A stretch of 31,069 nt of DNA from Candidatus Thorarchaeota archaeon (lineage in GTDB: Archaea > Asgardarchaeota > Thorarchaeia > Thorarchaeales > Thorarchaeaceae): positions 1 to 31,069 of the forward strand of contig JAWAQK010000028.1 in the NCBI GenBank assembly GCA_038893995.1, written 5' to 3'. The notes beneath the pieces were generated by a model. That model made no database searches. It was not told where the DNA came from and worked only from the letters and a program-made list of their open reading frames with translations. Position 1 is the first letter of the stretch. The number at the start of each line of letters is the position of its first letter. Made by a program: the position numbers and the translations under genes. Positions 26,116-31,069 of the stretch are shown here, one piece after another.

Positions 26116-26489
26116 CGCCTTCCGGACACGGCCAAGAACTCGTCCACCATCTCGTCGACCAACCTGACGATATCTTCTATCACCTGACGGGGAGCATTAG
26201 AAACGTGGATGCCCACAGATACCAGAACATTGACGCCAAGCTCTCTGCAGAGACGTTCTGCGACACTAGTCGCTACCACATAGTCCTTGTGACCGGGCGC
26301 AGTAATAGTGTTGACGCTGATCATTCGGCTGTCGCTGTGTGAGGAAGCTGTAGAAAAACCGAGGGCCGCACCACCGATGTGTGACTCGTCACCTCCGTGG
26401 ATGATCACAAGCAGGTCCTTGCCGATGAAACGGGCACTGAAGAGGAGCCTGTGGGCATTGATATCCCGCTCTGATATCCACTCATCCAT
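26112..26489 (-). CDS. Small His-motif protein, LpdD-like / PAC4-like family (tentative)
   Basis: GKDLLVIIHGG..SHIG, GHKD and VGIH motifs, recalled from this family. Confidence 0.6.
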   Translation of the reverse strand: MDEWISERDINAHRLLFSARFIGKDLLVIIHGGDESHIGGAALGFSTASSHSDSRMISVNTITAPGHKDYVVATSVAERLCRELGVNVLVSVGIHVSNAPRQVIEDIVRLVDEMVDEFLAVSGRR

Positions 26490-26538
26490 CGCATGTCACC
26501 GAACCAGTGTCAGTGGTGGGCCATATCTCTTCCGAACA

Positions 26539-28095
26539 TTACTGCTCCCGCATCCCCTGTCTGTACATTCTCCAGGAGAGAGTAAGAGTCTTCGGATGGG
26601 CGGCCTTGTACTCATCGAGCCGCCTCACGGACGTGGCATGAGGTGCCTCCTTTACAATGTTCGGATTCTCATGCGCCTCGCGGGAGATCTGGGCGAGGAC
26701 AGAGAGGAGATAGTCGAGATCTTCCCTCGACTCCGTTTCTGTGGGTTCTATCATCAGCGCTTCACGGACTATCAGCGGGAAGTAGACGGTGGGCGCATGA
26801 ATACCAAAGTCAAGCATCCTCTTGGCCACGTTCATCGCAGAAACTCCAGTGGTCTTCTGTAGGTCCTCTGCTGAGATCACGCACTCATGCATCCTGGGCG
26901 AGTCTTTTGAGAACGGGAGAGTGAAACCCGGGATCTTGCTTGCATGGTGGGCGATGTAGTTGGCGTTCAGGACAGCGGTCTCAGAAGCATGTCTGAGACC
27001 CGGTCCTCCTAGAGCGTAGGCGTAACAATATGCCCTGACGAGGACTCCGAAGTTTCCGAAGAAGGTATGGACCTTTCCGATGGAGTGAGGTAGATTGTAA
27101 TTGAGGTCGAAGCGACCATCATCAGTACGGACAATCCTCGGGACCGGTAGGAACTCCGCGAGGAAATCCTTCACGCCCACTGGACCTGCTCCGGGACCGC
27201 CACCCCCGTGAGGAGTGGAGAATGTCTTATGCAGGTTCAGATGAACCAAGTCAAATCCCATGTCGCCAGGACGCGTGATACCCATGATGGCGTTGAAATT
27301 GGCGCCATCATAGTAGAGGAGACCTCCAGCGTCGTGGACTATCCCGGCTATCTCACCGATGTTCTTCTCGAATACTCCGATCGTGTTCGGATTGGTCAAC
27401 ATCAGACCAGCCGTCTTGGGTCCAGCTGCCGCCTTGAGCGCATCCATGTCAATGAGCCCCTCCCTGTCAGAGGGAATGACCACTATGTCGTAACCAGCCA
27501 TGGCGGCGGAGGCGGGGTTTGTGCCATGCGCTGAGTCGGGGATGAGCATCTCGGTACGACGTTCACATTCACGGGTGACACACTTGTGGTACTCGCGCAT
27601 AACCATCACTCCCGTGAACTCTCCCTGAGCTCCAGCTGCAGGCTGAAGTGTCACAGCATCCATTCCCGTCAATTCACACAGCCACTGTTCGAGCTCCCAC
27701 ATGAGTTCAAGGGCGCCTTGGGCAGTGCGTGGATCCTGGCATGGGTGAAGATGGGCAAAGCCCGGGAGTGCCGCGGCTACATCATTCACTACTGGATTGT
27801 ACTTCATCGTACAGCTACCAAGCGGATAGGTCCCGAGGTTTACTGCAAAGTTCATCTGGGACAACCTGGTGAAATGACGGACCACCTGCAACTCAGATAC
27901 CTCAGGTAGTGCTGGCTTCTGGGACCTCCTCAGATTCTTGGGCAGCAGACCTTCAACTGGACCGAGTCGTCCCCTTATCTCCGGATCCAGTGCCGGAAAG
28001 GAGTGACCTATGTGTCCGGCCCTGGACCTCTCGAACAGTAGTGGTTCTTGCCATCGTGCCTGGCGAACTGATTCCTTTGAACGCTCTTGAGCCAT
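26539..28095 (-). CDS. gcvPB: Glycine dehydrogenase (decarboxylating) subunit 2
   Basis: YPLGSCTMKYNP, QPAAGAQGE, SAHGTNPASA and NLHKTFSTPHGGGGPG (PLP lysine); start at ATG 28095. Confidence 0.96.
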   Translation of the reverse strand: MAQERSKESVRQARWQEPLLFERSRAGHIGHSFPALDPEIRGRLGPVEGLLPKNLRRSQKPALPEVSELQVVRHFTRLSQMNFAVNLGTYPLGSCTMKYNPVVNDVAAALPGFAHLHPCQDPRTAQGALELMWELEQWLCELTGMDAVTLQPAAGAQGEFTGVMVMREYHKCVTRECERRTEMLIPDSAHGTNPASAAMAGYDIVVIPSDREGLIDMDALKAAAGPKTAGLMLTNPNTIGVFEKNIGEIAGIVHDAGGLLYYDGANFNAIMGITRPGDMGFDLVHLNLHKTFSTPHGGGGPGAGPVGVKDFLAEFLPVPRIVRTDDGRFDLNYNLPHSIGKVHTFFGNFGVLVRAYCYAYALGGPGLRHASETAVLNANYIAHHASKIPGFTLPFSKDSPRMHECVISAEDLQKTTGVSAMNVAKRMLDFGIHAPTVYFPLIVREALMIEPTETESREDLDYLLSVLAQISREAHENPNIVKEAPHATSVRRLDEYKAAHPKTLTLSWRMYRQGMREQ

Positions 28096-28102
28096 CTCCT
28101 TA

Positions 28103-29500
28103 TCACCTCCTACTCCCAGCGGCGATCGCCACCGCATCAGCAAGAGAGTCAATAGACTTCCTATCGTGGACTTCTGTCACGGAAACCAGCATAGACTCTC
28201 CAAGTTCCGGAAAGTCATTGACAAGTGATATACCAGCATGGATGCCTCGGTCAAGAAGGTCGTCCAGGATCTGCTTCACTCGGTGTCCGTTGTCAAATCG
28301 GACAACGAAATTCTTCCAGAATGTCTTTCCAACTGCAGGAGCGCTGACCCCCGGAATCTCGTCAAGCTTCTGGGCTGCATAGTTCGAGTTGTATAGGATC
28401 AATTCGCCCAGCTTAGATAGACCGGACGGACCCAGCAGAGACATATACACAGCAGCATGTACAGCCATCAATGCCTGGTTTGAACAGATGTTGCTGGTGG
28501 CCTTTTCACGACGAATGTGCTGTTCACGGGGACTCAGGGTGAGTACATAGCCCCTGTCAAATGGTTCATCTACAGTAGTGGTCATGCCGACTAGCCGACC
28601 GGGCAGTTGATAGACCAACTTGCGGTCGTTCTTGCATCCGAAAACTCCCAACAGCGGACCTCCAAACGACATGGAGTTCCCGAGTACCTGTCCCTCGCCG
28701 ATAACAATGTCTGCATCATACTCTCCCGGAGGGCGTATCAGACCAAGAGATAGTAGATCGACACCAACGACTAGAAGAGAACCTGCTGCGTGTACGATCT
28801 CACTTATCTCATCGACTTGACTCTCGAAGAAACCGAGGTGGCTGGGATTCTCGATGTAGACACCAGCGACTCCTGCATCAACCTTGGTCTTTAGGTCAGA
28901 TAGGTCGAGTAGTCCTGTTTCCCTGTCATAACCTACCGGATCAACCCTGATCCCTGCGGCCTCGATGTAGGTCCTCATCACGCGGGCGTGGTAGGGGTTC
29001 ATGGTAGCAGGGACCAGGAAGCGAGGTGGCTTCTTGCTGACTCTCACTGCCATTCGTACTGCTTCTCCCAATGAGCTGCCCATGTCATACATACTGCTAT
29101 TCACAACATCGATCGAGAGCATCTCCGCGAGCATGCTCTGATACTCAAACAGGGTCTGCAGCATGCCTTGGCTTACCTCGGGTTGGTAGCTGGTATAGGA
29201 TGTAACAAACTCAGATCTGCCAGCCAACGCATCCACCGCCGCAGGAATGTGATGCAAGTACACACCCCCTCCCAGGAACATCTTACTTGGGTCAGAAACG
29301 ACGTTCTTGTTAGCAAGATGCCTCATTCGATTCATCACTTCGATCTCTGAATGAGGACTCGGGAGTTTCAGCTCACGATCCAATCTAAACTTGACAGGAA
29401 TGTCCCGAAATAGCTCCTCTACCGAACGACATCCAATGGACGATAGCATGTCCGCCTCGGTTTCGTCGGTGAGCGGAATGTAATGGTGCGGTTCCTTCAC
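28103..29500 (-). CDS. gcvPA: Glycine dehydrogenase (decarboxylating) subunit 1
   Basis: YTSYQPEVSQG.LQ..FEYQ, NSSMYD, PGRLVG, REQHIRREKATSNICSNQ. Confidence 0.96.
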   Translation of the reverse strand: MKEPHHYIPLTDETEADMLSSIGCRSVEELFRDIPVKFRLDRELKLPSPHSEIEVMNRMRHLANKNVVSDPSKMFLGGGVYLHHIPAAVDALAGRSEFVTSYTSYQPEVSQGMLQTLFEYQSMLAEMLSIDVVNSSMYDMGSSLGEAVRMAVRVSKKPPRFLVPATMNPYHARVMRTYIEAAGIRVDPVGYDRETGLLDLSDLKTKVDAGVAGVYIENPSHLGFFESQVDEISEIVHAAGSLLVVGVDLLSLGLIRPPGEYDADIVIGEGQVLGNSMSFGGPLLGVFGCKNDRKLVYQLPGRLVGMTTTVDEPFDRGYVLTLSPREQHIRREKATSNICSNQALMAVHAAVYMSLLGPSGLSKLGELILYNSNYAAQKLDEIPGVSAPAVGKTFWKNFVVRFDNGHRVKQILDDLLDRGIHAGISLVNDFPELGESMLVSVTEVHDRKSIDSLADAVAIAAGSRR

Positions 29501-29621
29501 GAAATCACCCCGTCAATTAATGGTTGGTCGACATGTTGCGACTGTCCTAGACAGGTGGTTGAGATGTCCAATCAGTTTTAAAAGGATATGATAGGAATCA
29601 CGCTGACGAGGAAGCGACCGG

Positions 29622-29942
29622 TTGAAACGCTGGCTCATGGATATTCTTGCATGTCCCGCGACAGGATGCAGGTCTTCACTTGAGCTCGATGTCTTCGCCT
29701 CGCATACCATACATACCCCGGAGGGAGATGTGGAAGAGATCGACGAGGCGTTGATCACATGTCCTAGATGCCGAAGGTGGTATCCCGTGATTGACGGAAT
29801 TGCATGTATGCTCCCCGATGATCTAAGAATGGCGAAGAGACAGCGGGACGAGGAGACAACGTTTCTCATCAAGTGGCGCGACAGAATATCACCCGAGATA
29901 TTGGAGAGAGGAGTCCCATTCGGACTGGAGAGCCAGAGCTAG
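29622..29942 (+). CDS. Trm112-like methyltransferase activator (zinc-binding)
   Basis: LMDILACP...L.CPRCRRWYPVIDGI..MLPD. Confidence 0.88.
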   Translation: MKRWLMDILACPATGCRSSLELDVFASHTIHTPEGDVEEIDEALITCPRCRRWYPVIDGIACMLPDDLRMAKRQRDEETTFLIKWRDRISPEILERGVPFGLESQS

Positions 29943-29967
29943 CTGAACACCGGCCGCGGTACGCAGG

Positions 29968-30043
29968 AGCCCCGTGGTGTAGTGGTCAAGCATGGCGGGT
30001 TTTGGCCTCGCCGACCCAGGTTCAAATCCTGGCGGGGCTACCA
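29968..30043 (+). tRNA. tRNA-Gln(TTG); CCA encoded
   Basis: AGCCCCG/CGGGGCT-A-CCA (A1-U72); GCGGG-TT-TTG-GC-CTCGC; CCAGG-TTCAAAT-CCTGG. Confidence 0.96.
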
Positions 30044-30048
30044 TATAC

Positions 30049-30909
30049 TCATCTCTCAGCCACACTCAGCGAACTCTCTGGATCACGCATCTCTACTCGA
30101 AAGAGACGCTTTACCTTTGATAGTACAAGTCGTTGACCATTGAGTAGAATGTCAATATCCACATAATCGGCAAGTCCCGATGTACGTAGTTTCTTTTCCA
30201 GTACTGATTCAACTTGAAAAACTCCGGCGGGATTGTCCATCGCGACAGTTATCCTCAGAGGCTTCTCCGTTCCTTTGTCCAGGGTGACGACATTGATGGC
30301 CAGTGCACTCACAGAATGAATGTCTACCTTTCCCTTCTGGTACGGCACTATGGACCGGCCCTTGGTCAGGTCACAGCCATCTCCTATCTTTGTGAGACCG
30401 GCCTCTAGGGTTAGGCACTGAGTGTCATCATCGTGAGCATAGATACCGTGTAGTGCGAAAGAGAGTATGTCCGTTGCCTGTGATGGATCTTCATATAGCT
30501 CCCTCAACTTGGTTTCGAGTATGGGAGCAGCCAAGTTCACTGCGGCTTGGGGATGCTCGTTCCGATGAATGACCATACCGATGTCGTGGAGGTAGGTAGA
30601 CGCGAGAACTACCAGACGAGCGTCATCCATATCGCCGAGTTCCTCAGCCACTACGTTTGGTAGAAAAGAGTCTGTAATTAGGTCGAACGCCTTCATTGCA
30701 TAGAAGGTGGCTACTTCTGCATGCGTCGGTCCGTGATCCGTGTATCCCAGGCGGGACACGGCCATGCGATTGGCAGTCCTGAGATAGGACTGTACATGCG
30801 GAGAGTTTCTCAAGTACTCATACATCTGGAGCGACTTGCTGTCTAGACTCAGGAACTCCCTGACGCTAACTGATTCTCGATCGAAAGTGACTGTGCTCAC
30901 GTCGAACAC
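30049..30909 (-). CDS. HD-superfamily phosphohydrolase
   Basis: RLGYTDHGPTH, YLHDIG..IHR..H, AHD, D..D..KGRS, DIHSVSA. Confidence 0.88.
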   Translation of the reverse strand: MFDVSTVTFDRESVSVREFLSLDSKSLQMYEYLRNSPHVQSYLRTANRMAVSRLGYTDHGPTHAEVATFYAMKAFDLITDSFLPNVVAEELGDMDDARLVVLASTYLHDIGMVIHRNEHPQAAVNLAAPILETKLRELYEDPSQATDILSFALHGIYAHDDDTQCLTLEAGLTKIGDGCDLTKGRSIVPYQKGKVDIHSVSALAINVVTLDKGTEKPLRITVAMDNPAGVFQVESVLEKKLRTSGLADYVDIDILLNGQRLVLSKVKRLFRVEMRDPESSLSVAER

Positions 30910-30962
30910 CGATGGAAGCTGGTTTGGCGTCTGTAACGAGATAAGGGTTACTAAGGAGCAAC

Positions 30963-31069
30963 CTAGATCTCGCCAGCTTCCTCCAGTAGAGACAGGAGTA
31001 TGCGGTCCGTCGTAGCGACAGCCTGCTTGATCGTCTTCAGATAGTCTTGACGCGTCTTCTCATATGCTG
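30963..31069 (-). CDS. 3' end of a CDS entering from the right (…AYEKTRQDYLKTIKQAVATTDRILLSLLEEAGEI*)
   Basis: Open frame from the window edge to TAG at 30963-30965; helical, protein-like composition. Confidence 0.55.
   Translation of the reverse strand, partial: AYEKTRQDYLKTIKQAVATTDRILLSLLEEAGEI

Noticed and set aside
1-31069. CRISPR arrays, IS elements, integrases, rRNA genes, inteins
   Set aside because: No regularly spaced repeats, transposase/integrase motifs, rRNA signatures or intein-sized insertions were seen

Overview
Core housekeeping region of an archaeal chromosome. An Asgard (Thorarchaeia-like) or possibly TACK/Bathyarchaeia origin is inferred from the type IB topoisomerase, FtsZ and the intron-rich tRNAs; this is not verified. 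It carries the conserved translation/secretion clusters nep1 | rpp21-yhbY-rps19e-PDCD5-rpl39e-rpl31e-eIF6-rpl18a(LX)-pfdA-ftsY and ftsZ-secE-spt5-rpl11-rpl1-rpl10-rpl12, with argF and a PfkB kinase between them. Other genes are topo IB, arsC, thiL, two radical SAM enzymes, gcvPA/PB, a SAMP/MoaD-type ubiquitin-like protein, a Trm112-like protein and an HD hydrolase. There are six tRNA genes, three of them interrupted. No mobile element or CRISPR array was seen. The most notable observations are: (1) a cryptic tRNA-Arg(UCU) split by three introns (D-loop, anticodon loop, T-loop) and a tRNA-Phe with a T-loop intron; (2) several long, apparently non-coding intergenic regions that fold by eye into consecutive hairpins and multibranch structures, which are candidate uncharacterised RNAs; (3) Spt5 with a C2HC zinc finger inserted in its NGN domain; (4) a tightly coupled LpdD-like/SAMP/tRNA-methylthiotransferase unit whose SAMP has a masked diglycine; (5) thiL and a radical SAM gene in the same frame, separated by a single TGA.
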